From assembly GCF_006345805.1 (NCBI RefSeq), contig NC_043012.1, forward strand, positions 19,840,001-19,904,000: DNA of 64,000 nt, read 5' to 3'. The translations under genes and the position numbers were made by a program. Positions 11,931 through 25,000 of the stretch are shown in pieces (position 1 is the stretch's first letter; each line of letters starts with the position of its first letter). Under the pieces are notes generated by a model. It was given only the letters and a program-made list of their open reading frames with translations. It ran no database searches and was not told the DNA's origin. This DNA is from Octopus sinensis (lineage: Eukaryota).

Positions 11931-13551
11931 TAAATAGAGGTTAATATTTGATTTGGAAATAAGAAATTATTGTGGAAAAGGAGGAGATAGGGAATATAGA
12001 GGGAAATAAGAGAATGTAAGAAGAAATAAAATATATGAATATATTCTAGTTACAGTTCCATTATTCGAGGATATTTTATCTACGCACTCATGCGTTTTAT
12101 CGCCATCAAATACGGTATTCAGAAAACGATGAGTGCTCTTCTGAATTTATAACCAATCTATATACATGCATAAGTGTAGTTACAATACCTATATGAATAT
12201 ACACACACTCACACACGTATGCACGCACATACACACACACACACACACACACAAACAAACACATATATATTGTAACACATCAAAAAGAAGCAAAATGCAC
12301 ACAATTTATGTGTTTTATATATTTTATTAGATAGAATATTTATATAGTCTATCGGTATCGCGAATTGTTAATCACGACAGGGGAATTGGTACAAGTAGAG
12401 CAATTTCGTAGTATCTTAAGGAAATTTCAGCCAAAATTGCTTGCATGAGAGTGTGTTTGTAGATGATTCAGTATGTAAGTAAACCTAAGGAAATATAAGT
12501 AAATACAATTGGTAATTGTTATTATTACAAACACAAGGATTAATTAAACATTTTAGTGGGTACACAAACACCCAATTTCCAGTGGGATAGCATCCTGCGG
12601 AAAACTATCCTCACGATGCCGAATGTTATAGCACATTGAGTCTTCTACACCAAGCGTGATAGCTCGTGAAGAAGTGCTCGAAAATGATAGATATCTACTC
12701 CTTTTCACACATGCTACGTCACAAAAATTCGTAAAATTACGCGCCATTCTATTTGCTAATAAATCCTAGACCAATGATGCATTTTCCCTCTTGGGAATGG
12801 GAGTACATTGTATTCATAAACCACAATATTGAAAAAATATCAGCGTCGCTTATTTCCGAGCGTATTGTTCGTTAATACGTAGCATCTCGTAGGGAGCTTT
12901 CCCTGGCCACTATCGCGCAGAAAATTGTTTTTTTAAAGGAAATATATACGCTATATATGTGCAATCGATAATGTTCATATGAGTGGGTGTCTGTATGTGT
13001 ATGATTGTGTGTGTGTGTGTCAATATATAATTATATATACATGTATCTGCAAACACACACATACAAACAGACTTATAAATATATAAATATATATATATAG
13101 AGAGAGAGAGAGAGACAGAGAAGGAGAGAGAATAAATGTAACGAGATGCAAGTTAGGTAAGTCGCTTTCCACAGAATATTAAATATTTAATAGAAAAGAT
13201 AAACATGTATAAGAATATAAAATAGTCTGAGTTACAGAATATAAATGATATCAGCATTTAAATATGTAGTGTTTTACGAGTCCAACAACTACATTTGAGA
13301 ATTTTATATCCTGTGAGTCTGACTATTTTATATCCATACACGGGTTTATTTTTATATTAACCGTATTGTAATATTCTACGGTAATCGACATTCCTAACCT
13401 GTTTCTCATTACATTTACTCATTTATCGTTTCAATTTCAATCGCTTGAGCACTTCCAAGTGTGTTCTACATAGTCAAAACATATCTCTAACCTATAAACT
13501 GTATATATGTATACATATATATCAATATATATATTATATATATATATATAT

Positions 13552-13591
<40 letters not shown>

Positions 13592-13677
13592 TATATATGT
13601 ATAGTATATATAATGGATAATAAAACGAATGGTTTACATCTTCCGTCTTTCATTTGCCATATATATATATATATATA

Positions 13678-14083
13678 CTCTTTTACTCTTTTACTTGTTT
13701 CAGTCCTTTTGACTGCGGCCATGCTGGAGCACCGCCTTTAGTCGAGCAAATCGACCCCGGGACTTATTCTTTGTAAGCCCAGTACTTATTCTATCGATCT
13801 CTTTTGCCGAACCGCTAGGTGACGGGGACGTAAACACACCAGCATCGGTTGCCAAGCAATGCTAGGGGGACAAACACAAACACATACACACACATATATA
13901 TATAAATATATACATATATACGACAGGCTTCTTTCAGTTTCCGTCTACCAAATCCACTCACAAGGCATTGGTCGGCCCGGGGCTATAGCAGAAGACACTT
14001 GCCCAAGATGCCACGCAGTGGGACTGAACCCGGAACTATGTGGTTGGTTAGCAAGCTACTTACCACACAGCCACTCCTGCGCC

Positions 14084-14084
<1 letters not shown>
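13678..14084 (-). mobile_element. tRNA-derived SINE, family 1 (internal CA/TA microsatellite)
   Basis: Minus-strand head AGGCGCAGGAGTGGCTGTGTGGTAAG...GGTTCAGTCCC with A/B-box-like motifs and an AAAAGAGT-repeat tail; homologous to 21311-21737. Confidence 0.85.
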
Positions 14085-14128
<44 letters not shown>

Positions 14129-14718
14129 TGCTATATAGAATTCTGAAACATATAATGCATGAAATAATGGAAATTTTCATATTTTTACATGGGAATAGGA
14201 CTGGAAAGCTTGCCGAGTTAATATAAATGCAAATCCACTCGATCTTTTCAAGTATCTGAACAAGTGAACTTGATTTAATCTAAAGCTTTGCAGGCTTAAA
14301 CATTCATTAAATTCCTGCTGCGAGTTTTAGTCAAAAATTAAAAGCACGGAAATTAATGATTTAAGTATTTAGTCTGTTTCTCGATTATATATATTGTGTT
14401 TATTTCCGTTTGCAGCAATTCGTTAATCTTTCACTTAGTAGCAAATGCTCAACATAGCGCCATGAGATTGTTTCTCTTCTCATTATTACCAGAGTAAATT
14501 AAATAGAATTTACTCTTTTAGTTACTTTTAGTTATACAAATGAAACTGTTGATGCAGCTTTACACATAGTCATAAAATATTTTATCTATATGCACATAAA
14601 ACTGCCACATGCGTGGAATTTAGATAGCAATATTCTCAATTCACTAGATATCTAAGTATATCGAGATATATATGTGTGTGTGTTGTGTGTGTTTATGTGT
14701 GTGCAGTATCTTTCTCTC

Positions 14719-14773
<55 letters not shown>

Positions 14774-14831
14774 GTATATATATATGCTTTTTTATTTAGA
14801 CTGCAGTATATTAATTTCTACTCCTGGTACA

Positions 14832-15326
<495 letters not shown>

Positions 15327-15582
15327 TATATATATATAATATATATATATATATACAGACATGCAGGAAGTAAATAGACACCTTCAATTTCCAAAGTTTA
15401 TGATCTAAGTGTCTTAATATGTTTTCAGCGGTGTAGAATTTACAACTTAAGCATTCTTTTTCATCCCAGGTGGCATTATATTAAACATTTGCGAAGAGTA
15501 ACCATGCCATGCACAAAAAACTCAGCAGAACTGTAAGAATTTCAAAGATTTTTGCATACAGTTTTTTATTGTGGAATTTTAG

Positions 15583-15787
15583 CAAAATTAGCACTTTATA
15601 ACATAGCGTACTAATGAGATTCCAAACGTGTTTAACTGTAAGTTGATTTCTATAAGCGCATGCGGTTCGACCAAAAACTCAGCTTGTTGGAGCGTTCTAA
15701 GAGGTATTACGCTCGTCAAGAACTCAACTGTCAGTTAAACACGTTTGAAATCTGATGAGTACACTATGTATGAAAGCGCTGATTTTG
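15583..15787. mobile_element. Small fold-back element with ~68-bp imperfect inverted arms containing a decayed hammerhead
   Basis: 15583-15650 aligns to the reverse complement of 15717-15787 (about 80% by eye); the right arm reads AAAT-CTGATGA-GTAC ACTAT GTAT-GAA-AGCGCT-G-ATTT (15748-15785). Confidence 0.7.
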
Positions 15788-16647
15788 TTAAAATACCATA
15801 ATAAAAATCTCATTTACTTCTTTATTTTTCCTAAACTTTATATTGCGTATTGCTACCTTTTCTATAGTCGCTTGCTCATTCCGTTACTCGCGCTGCGTTT
15901 TTCTCCTGCTGGTTTCTGCGCATGTATGTGGCTCAGTGTGTGTGCACATAAGCATGTATGCATGATAAATATCGCAATGTTGAATTTTATTGATCATGGT
16001 TGGAGATGATACAAGATGACACAAGATAACCCATTTAAGCGTCTATAAAAACAGCTTTACTGCCCAGTACAGATACAAACGTTTCAAGTCCAGCCCTCAC
16101 CCTTCATTGTAGTTTATATAGTTAATATATTTTCAGTATTGTTAAACGGTCTGTATACCTGTCGATTGTTTCTAAAATCTTGCATCAGGTTGTCTTGTGT
16201 CTTTTAGCTTCTGATCTCGAAAGACACACCAAAGAGTTATCACAGTTGCAGCTCTTTAATTTAACCGCTATATTCTCATGATTGCTTTCAGTTAAAGCAT
16301 GTTTCAAGCCAGCAATTTGCATCGTCATTTTTTATCATTATATATTCTTTTTTCACTAATTGTTGCGAACACATTGAATAATATTTAACGATATTCCTTG
16401 TCTGTATTTCATTCTGCCATTGTTTCATTTTTAAGCTGACACACCAGACAATAATGCGCTTCTACTTCATCGTTAAGAAAGTTGTTTAATGCAACATTTT
16501 GTATTCTTTCTCGTAAATTATTTTGTCCAGCGTCTTTGTTCCTAATATTCTGCTTTCCAGTAGTACGACATTCATTACCACATTCATATGCTTTGTAACT
16601 TGCGTTACAGGCTACTAGCAATATTGGTTTCAAATATTTGCACACGC

Positions 16648-16822
16648 CCAGTAATTTTGGGGGAGGGTTAAGTCGATTACATCGACTGCAGTGCTCAACT
16701 AGTACTTATTTTATCGACTGCGAGAGAATGAAAGACATAGTCGAAACGATGAACGCAAAAATGGACGAAACGCGGGTAAGCGTTTTGCGCAGCGTAGTAA
16801 CGATTTTGCCAAATCAAGGCCT
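16648..16822 (-). mobile_element. Degenerate SINE, family 2
   Basis: AAGTCGATTACATCGAC..CAGTGCTCAACTAGTACTTATTTTATCGAC..GAGAGAATGAAAG matches the family 2 body. Confidence 0.7.
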
Positions 16823-17375
16823 CATATTCTAATCATATTGAGCAAGCTCTTAAAATATGTTTGTCCAGGAGCGTCAGTTATGTGTTGGCTGTGTATTGGC
16901 GAAAATATTAATATGGAAACATTATGATTATTGAATCCAGAATAGTTTAAATGGCGAAATCACAACTTAGCCACATACTATATGTACAAGCAATGTAATT
17001 ACGTGAATCTTTGTGCAAAATTTATCCTCCAGGAACTCATCTGTGTAAATATGCTCCGTCCCTAGATAATACAACAAATAGCCATACTCCGACCTAACGC
17101 GCTTCACGAAGATGAATGTCTTAATGTAGGTATCGACATGTGCAAGATTGCGCAATCTTTTACTTTTTCAGGTTTCTTTTTGAGACTCATGTTACATAAG
17201 AGCAACAAGTACCAATTTCATAAAGTTAATTTCGTATCAATATCCGAATGACTTGAATTAGTAAACAATTAAGTTAAAGAAATTTCGTGCTGCTCATACA
17301 CACGCACATATATATGTATATGTAAATATATATATATATATATATATATCTATATATATATATAATATATATATA

Positions 17376-17422
<47 letters not shown>

Positions 17423-17792
17423 AAATATATATATATACATATACTTTTTATCTTATATTAAACTTTTTAATACTTTTTGATAGTTATATATATTTAATAA
17501 AAGAATAAATAAATAAATAAATAAATAAATAGCAACAATAATAAATATATATATAAATTTATAAATATAAATTAATAATTTTAAATTTTTAACTTTAAAT
17601 TTAAATAATTTAAATTTTGAATTTTATATTTTATATATGTAGCAAGAAAATTTAGCAAAGCGCCAGAACGTAAGCGTTCTGACATTTTGATAAATTTTCT
17701 TGAGAACATTCCTTTCTTAGTGGTAAGACCATAGCGGATCTTCGTCTAGCATAATTGATTTCCACTTACTGGTCATCTCTTTTATATGTGTG

Positions 17793-17839
<47 letters not shown>

Positions 17840-17857
17840 GAAATATTTAGAGTCGAC

Positions 17858-18065
17858 TTTACAATCGTGAGGTTGCAAGTTCAATTACCCGACCGAGATG
17901 CGTCGTGTGGTGTTCTTGAGCAAGACACTTTATTTCACGTTGCTTCAGTTAAATCAGCTGTAAAAATGAGTTGCGATATCACTAGTGTGAAGCCGCGTCG
18001 GCCTTTGCCATTCCCGGACTTGTGCCATGGCAGGGTAACTTTCTAGGTGCAATCCCATGGTCCGT
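17858..18065 (+). mobile_element. tRNA-derived SINE, family 3
   Basis: GTGAGGTTGCAAGTTCAATT...GTTCTTGAGCAAGACACTTTATTTC shared with 63062-63178. Confidence 0.7.
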
Positions 18066-18145
18066 TATACTAATATATCTGTTTGTTTTGTACACCATCT
18101 GTTTTCGACTTTTGTTGCTTTCGTAAACTCTCCCTATATATATAT

Positions 18146-18203
<58 letters not shown>

Positions 18204-18288
18204 GTAGGTCCCGGGTTGAGTCGGGGTTAACCACAGTAAATAAGGTACTCAATACATAGCAGAGTAAATTAATTTATTTTATAGAAGG

Positions 18289-18339
18289 AGCTTCTACAGG
18301 ACTAGAACTGTTTCATTCAAAAGAAATCATCAGGAAGCT
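18289..18339 (-). ncRNA. Type I hammerhead motif
   Basis: Identical to the 4000-4050 motif. Confidence 0.8.
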
Positions 18340-18558
18340 AGGTGACAAGAGTAGTTTTGGCATTTATACATTTAGGCAGGTTTAAAGGGGTGGTGGTGGT
18401 GGACTTTTTATTTATTCTTTTATCTACTTTACCACCGATTCCTTTGACCACTCCCCTAAGAATGATAGTTTGCGCCATGCCTACCCCAAAAAAGTTCCCC
18501 ACCACCACCCCTTTAAACCTGCCTAAATGTATAAATGCCAAAACTACTCTTGTCACCT

Positions 18559-18609
18559 AGCTTCCTGATGATTCCTTTTGAATGAAACAGTTCTAGTCCT
18601 GTAGAAGCT
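18559..18609 (+). ncRNA. Type I hammerhead motif with one helix II substitution
   Basis: AGCTTC-CTGATGA-TTCCTTTTGAAT-GAA-ACAG TTCTAGTC CTGT-A-GAAGCT. Confidence 0.75.
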
Positions 18610-18613
18610 CCTT

Positions 18614-18651
<38 letters not shown>

Positions 18652-19029
18652 TTCACCAGAAAATGTTAAAGTAGCGCTAATATAATTCATTAAGTGCGAA
18701 ACATCCTTTACAGCTGTTTCGATTTTGTCCGAAAGAATTAATTCATTGCCCAGTATTTAAAGCATTTTGGGGAGCAAAATCTCGCCAGAGGAATAAAAAA
18801 AAATTTACATACCGTTAGGGAACGTTGAATTTTTGCGCTGTTAATAAATTGTATCAACGCTACTTCTTCATTTTCTGGATTTTAATTTCAATATTTACAA
18901 TGTTTTATACTTAAACTTATTACTTCAGGAATATTATAATTCACATCAAAATTATAGGTAACAAGCCAGCAATTGATTAGATATTCTATATCTCAAACAG
19001 GTGGTTATTTTAACCTCTATATATATATA

Positions 19030-19101
<72 letters not shown>

Positions 19102-20917
19102 ATGGAAATAAAGAGAAGAGAAAGAGATAGAGATATTAATACATAGACAGACCGAATGATAAATGATTAGACGGATATAAAAGTTTAAGAAAAATGTGTT
19201 CTACATACCTGGAGATCAGAGGACGTATGAGTGATTGCGATTCTGCATCGATACGCCTCATTAATTTAGTAGTTCATCACCTTGATTTCCCAGACAAAAC
19301 GCTTGGAAACAATAATTCAATACACTTTAGTAACATGGGAATAGTGAGACACGCATACATGCAAAAACACACACATATATATGTATATATAAGCATGTAT
19401 ACAAATTTGTATGCATTCATGCATCTGTATACACAGAGATGAATGAAGAGTGGGTTGACATTAAGCTAAAGACAGGAGGCAACATTGTTCATCGGTTGTG
19501 TAAAAACATTCATAGATAGATGCATTGTCATTGAGATGGAGAAATTATTAAGTGATAATGCAATAAATAAATGAACGTAATAAAATGACGCAATAAAGTG
19601 GATAAATAAATTAGTACGAAAGTTTCAGAATTTGTAAGAATAAAGTTTTCTGTTTTATCATAATCAGTATCTGCAAGGAACTACACGATCGAGTATCGGC
19701 GATACTTACAAGTAAATTTTGTAAACTATAAACGTTAATCGTTGTAAATAATGCGCAGCAGCAGCAGGAGTATCCATTTGATAATATTAAAATATTGAGG
19801 TAAAATAGTGAACGAAAGTGATGTATTTTTTTTATTTCAGTTTGTTTTTTACAGAATATTGACAAAGAAATGGGTTGTGTCTGCATTAGCACTTTTTCTG
19901 CGCAAGACTTTCACAAGCAATAATAATGCGAATCATGCTTTCGACATTCTTCCCACATATTCAGCCATAACAAAGAATCGTAAGGAGCACTGCCGAATAA
20001 TGAAATGAATACTAACCAATTAAAAATAAAATCACGGTGGGTGTTTGGTTATTAGATTTGTAAGCCAACCATTCATTCCTATCCCCATGTAATTTCATCT
20101 AAAAAAAAAGATACATGAGTAAGCTAACATCAGACAAATTAACTGGTGACATTTATAGTTTCTAAGGTCTTCAACTTTCAGCTGACATTCTCTTCCCTTT
20201 CTGGCTCTCTTTGTTTCCTGATCTGTGTTCCTCTCCCTTGCAAAAATGCCAAACGCTAATCGTCCGACGTTCATTTTCTTACATGCTTTCTTTTTGTCTT
20301 CCTTATATTTTCTTCCTTGAAGCAAATTCTCTGTAATCTTCACGAATTCCTTTATATCGAAATATAAATTACAGTAGTGTTTAATAGTATTGCAAAAAAC
20401 TTACACCCCCTTCTCTTCCTCTTTGTCGCACATGCACACAATTTCTTTTCAAAACAGCTGTTGTGCTCGTGGTTGTTTATTTCATAGTCCAGTTTTTCCA
20501 CTGCATCACTACATTGCTCATTGCTCTTTAACCCCTCGTTTTCTACTCCTCTACCTTACGCATCTCGAAACCTCCTTTCTATCTCTTCGCACATTCCAGT
20601 TCACCAAGGAAATCATTCTCTATATCTTTCCACTTCCGGTCACTTCCGCTATATAACTACACACATGTGATGTTGGTTATATTTTTTCTTTCCTGTTTTC
20701 ATTTCTGACAAAGAGGGATGTTTGAAACATCGAGAATCCTATCTTTCCTAGCTTTACTGAGTGTCACAATAGTACATCCCTTGTTTTTTATTTTGAATTT
20801 TAATGTTCGATTATTCGATTCGCCTGTGTATATGCATACGAGTGTATGCATTCGTGGGCGAGCATGCACACACACACATACACACACACACAAAAACATA
20901 TATATATGTATACAGGC

Positions 20918-20949
<32 letters not shown>

Positions 20950-20951
<2 letters not shown>

Positions 20952-21195
20952 CGGGAAGCTTTATGAAAATAGACAAAAGACGAAGGCAGGTGGAAAACAA
21001 ACAAACAATTGTATTAGTATGGCGCTCAGGAAATATAAATAAAACAAGTCTTTAACGTTTCGAGCCTACGCTCTTCAACAGAAAGATACACAGAGAGAAA
21101 AAAAACACAGAAAGAAGGAGAGAAAAAAAATGCGTGCAGTAACTAACGAATCAACATGGCGATCTGATTTCGGCCAGAGGTCAAAGATCAAACAT
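20950..21195 (-). mobile_element. PLE-type pLTR fragment with a minimal hammerhead variant (21049-21086)
   Basis: Minus strand: TCTTT-CTGTTGA-A-GAGC GTAG GCTC-GAA-ACGT-T-AAAGA; homologous to 58700-58957 in the opposite orientation; ends at (TA)n. Confidence 0.7.
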
Positions 21196-21310
21196 GAGAC
21201 GCGAGAGCGAAATATATATATATATATATACATATACAGATATAGGCACAGACACACGCAGGCACACAAACACACACACGGACACACATATATACCGAGA
21301 GAGAGAGAGA

Positions 21311-21459
21311 GGCGGAAAATTGGCTATGGGGCAAGTAGCTTGCTTACCAGCCACATGGTTCTCGGTCAGTCCCACTGCATGGCACCTTCTTCTACTATGG
21401 CATCGGGCCGACCAAATCTTTATAAGTGGATTTGGTAGATGGAAACTGAAAAGAGCCTG

Positions 21460-21509
<50 letters not shown>

Positions 21510-21737
21510 ACGTGTGTGTGTGGATGTTTGTGTGTCTGTGATCGCCCAACCACCATCGCTTTAGAACGGGTGCTGTTGTGTTTACATCCCCATAACTTGC
21601 CGGTTCGACAAATGAAACCGATAGAACAAGTACTAGGCTTACAAAGAATAAGTGCTGTGGTCGATATGTTCCACTAAAGGCGGAGCCCCAGCATGGCCGC
21701 TGTCAGATGACTGAAACAGTTAAATGAATAAAAGAAT
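21311..21737 (+). mobile_element. tRNA-derived SINE, family 1
   Basis: Aligns with the reverse complement of 13678-14084 (CAAGTAGCTTGCT.ACCA.CCACAT...GGATTTGGTAGA.GGAAACTGAAA...TTACAAAGAATAAGT). Confidence 0.85.
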
Positions 21738-21784
21738 ATAGATACATACACACATGTATTTGTATATATACATTTATATATATA

Positions 21785-21851
<67 letters not shown>

Positions 21852-23289
21852 AAATTGAGATAGGGGTTGTAAATGCAACCCTCCATGGGATAACATATAT
21901 CCAATATACTGCTAGTGAAGTACCCAACAAAGTTAATACATAAATGTTAAGGATTGCGATGCAATCAATTCATTTACTGTATTATATGGGCCAAGGTAAA
22001 ATGAATTACCACAAATTACTAATACAAGATAAGAAAATAGAGAAATACATCTAAATCAAATATCAATTACCAGATAATACTCAATCACATACTTTATTAA
22101 ACCACCACATAAGAGACTGTAGTGTTAAACATAAAAATGCAGAACAAATCAGTGTACATAAAGGAATGTACATAAAAAAGTGTATATAAAAGAGTGATGT
22201 TGTATAATAAGTAGAATATATATAAAAAGAGAATATACATATAAGTAAATATAAGTATAAGTATAGGTTACATCTTACAGCTGTTTCGGCCATGTAGATA
22301 AGTATGTCTCATTTTACCAATATATATATACATATATATACACACGACATATGTATATGTATACATACATACATATATATAAACACATGCACCCATTCAA
22401 ACATCCATCACCTAACCCATACATACACGCATACATATAAGTCCATATTCATAAATATATTAATTCAAATATTTCGTTCTATATACGGAAGCAAAGGCAG
22501 GACACATAGAAACACACACATACGTATCCGTTGGTCTATAGTCATATAGATGGAGATTTACAAATGTGCATATATATATATATTTATATGTATGTATGTA
22601 TGCATTCCTGTACTCGCACTTTCTATCCCTTCTCTCCCCTTCTCTATCTGTCTCTCTGTTTTTTATATATATGTATGTATGCATGTATGTATATGTAATA
22701 ATGTGCGCATTTATAACTAAATATCTATGCCTAAAGATAGATCATGTATGAGTAATAATGAGAATAAGTGTGATAAATTTATCGAAATATGCTAAGAAAT
22801 TCCCATATGTATTATATAAATATTGGATTAGCTTCATTATGGATGCTTCCTTATTAATTTGGCTACTTCAATTGGAATCGCATCTGCTTACATCAATTCG
22901 GTGAGAGTTGCTTTATTTAAATTAGATTGCGATTTCGTCATAAATTATTTCATGCTTGACAAGAAATAGGAAAGAATTTGCATTTTATATTTAGAATTAC
23001 GTCCATATGAGTAAGAATAACAAAATCAGCTGTCGTTTGCTTCGTGCTTTTTACATACATTATTCATTTTATTTTTAAAACCATGTGCTTAGGTGGTTTT
23101 ATGAATTCTAATTACAACTTTATAACAACCGTCCAAAATATGCATGAAGACATTCGTTTACAATATAACTAGTCCATGTTACGTATACGTCCTCTCTTCT
23201 CTTTCCCTTTATCTATCTATCTACCTATCTATATCTATCTATCTATCTATCTATCTATATCTATCTATCTATCTATCTATCTATATATA

Positions 23290-23345
<56 letters not shown>

Positions 23346-23349
23346 CAAT

Positions 23350-23851
23350 CTTTATATGCGAATTATCTTAGATGCCTTCTTAGAACAACGAATGGTGAGT
23401 TATTCTTGAAAGGTCATTCCATGTTTGAGGGTAGACATTGGGCGAAAGCAAAGAATGCGAAGAATTGGATTCTTTATGACAAAAATGCACCCTGTCATCG
23501 AGTGCTCCTCACACGTGAGGCTTTCGCAAGATAGAACATTATAACTCTTCCGCAACTGCCCTATTCAAACGATTTAGTACCTGCAGCCTTCCATTTCTTC
23601 TCCAAGCTGAAAAGGCAGCTCAAAGCTCACTGCTTTAATACCGGTGTCGAGATCCAGAACAAATCGCAGAAAGTCCTCAACTCTCTTACAAATAACGACT
23701 TCCAGGCTGGATTCCAAAAGTGCAAGAAGGCTGGAGCCGGTGAATTGCTGCGCAAGGTGACTATTTCGAAGGAGATGAAGTTAAATCTTAGGTAAATAGG
23801 TTATTTTTATTAAACAAAAGTAGTCTTGGAACATTTTGGTACCATCTTGTA
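23350..23851 (+). mobile_element. mariner-type transposase 3' fragment with right TIR
   Basis: WILYDKNAPCHRVLL...LPQLPYSNDLVPAAFHFFSKLK (HDNAPAH and YSPDLAP-like motifs); terminus GGAACATTTTGGTACCATCTTGTA. Confidence 0.85.
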
Positions 23852-24369
23852 TAAAGGCGCTTGTGCATGGATGCATACACATAAATTATACCTGACCTGA
23901 TCCAACTGTCATGGGATCTTGATGCTGAAAATCTTTATATCGTGGCACCAGACACCTCTCTCTTATAACGATCAATAGACTAAAATCACAGATATGGCAG
24001 TTCCGACGCCCATATCAGACAACTAGCATCGGTTACGATTTGCGTGATTTTAGCCACCCAATACCTATATGAAAGGAACTTTCAAGGTCAATAATTTGGA
24101 CATAGACATTCCCGTTTGGTATTAACCTTGGTTCTATTGCTATTAATTAACTTTCATAAATTTACAGGTCATTTGCGACATCATTGTACAAAGATATACT
24201 GATATTCTTACATATCGTGACAGCAATATTTGCCCGGTATGCGGGATCAGGACGTCTACGACTCACGAGGTCTGGTAGTGTGAGATCACGTGATATTAGA
24301 GTTCCAAAACGCATCACAGATGGTTGTCGGCTGCTATGATATTCGTAGTTCCTTCTATGTACCAAGCAC

Positions 24370-25000
24370 CTATCTGAGAGGATTTCTGAGGAACAATATT
24401 TCAGTATTCGGTATTCTTATATGACTTTCGCTTTGTTAGGTAAAACAAAAATTGCATTTGGGTTCTAAGATGTTCTCCACCATTAATAATATAGACACAT
24501 ACATAAATACATGCATCTATACAAACATACAAACATAAGTTTCGATGTTTCGAATAGGTACAGCGGTGGAGTTCTTGAATCTAGAAGGAATCTGAGATAT
24601 TTCGTTTGCACAGAGCCTGCATCTCATAGATCTGTTTATATGTAGTTTTTATCGCTCCGCGATACTCCACTTTATAGTGTGTCACAATAAGGTTGGTGTT
24701 TAGATCGCATATATGGGTAGCCAACTTTATAGCTTTATTCTTATCACTATGTCGAAGAGAAGACTGATAATTTGAGTATGATCTTTTAAAATTTCCAAAG
24801 TAACATTTCTTTTGCAGTTCATTCATTTTGGGTCCCTGCGATGATTTCGCCATCATAAACCCCTAAATTTATCAAGCATGCTCTGCCGAGAGTTCAAACG
24901 TCAGGGTCTTCGCAGTTCAAACATGGAGCTAGCTCTTAACACAATCTTACGGACTATATGTAACAGAATGCGCTTCCTACCTGGTATTAATGACGATCAT
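24370..25000 (-). mobile_element. Degenerate PLE linker plus GIY-YIG fragment
   Basis: LNCEDPDV.TLGRACL..GVY followed by CYFGNFKRSYSNYQSSLRHSDKNKAIKLATHICDL...ALC; same architecture as 6409-7000. Confidence 0.7.

Larger units (their letters stand above)
18204..18618. mobile_element. ORF-less fold-back derivative of the 3988-7372 PLE pLTR
   Basis: Inverted arms 18281-18399 / 18499-18617; 18204-18280 is the reverse complement of the pLTR terminus at 7295-7371; embedded in (TA)n. Confidence 0.9.

Noticed and set aside
19205-19320. ATACCTGG reminiscent of the U1 snRNA 5' end
   Set aside because: The similarity does not extend; no Sm site or U1 stem-loops.
20095-20660. Possible LINE ORF1 remnant (purine-rich minus strand)
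   Set aside because: No diagnostic motif; too degraded to call.
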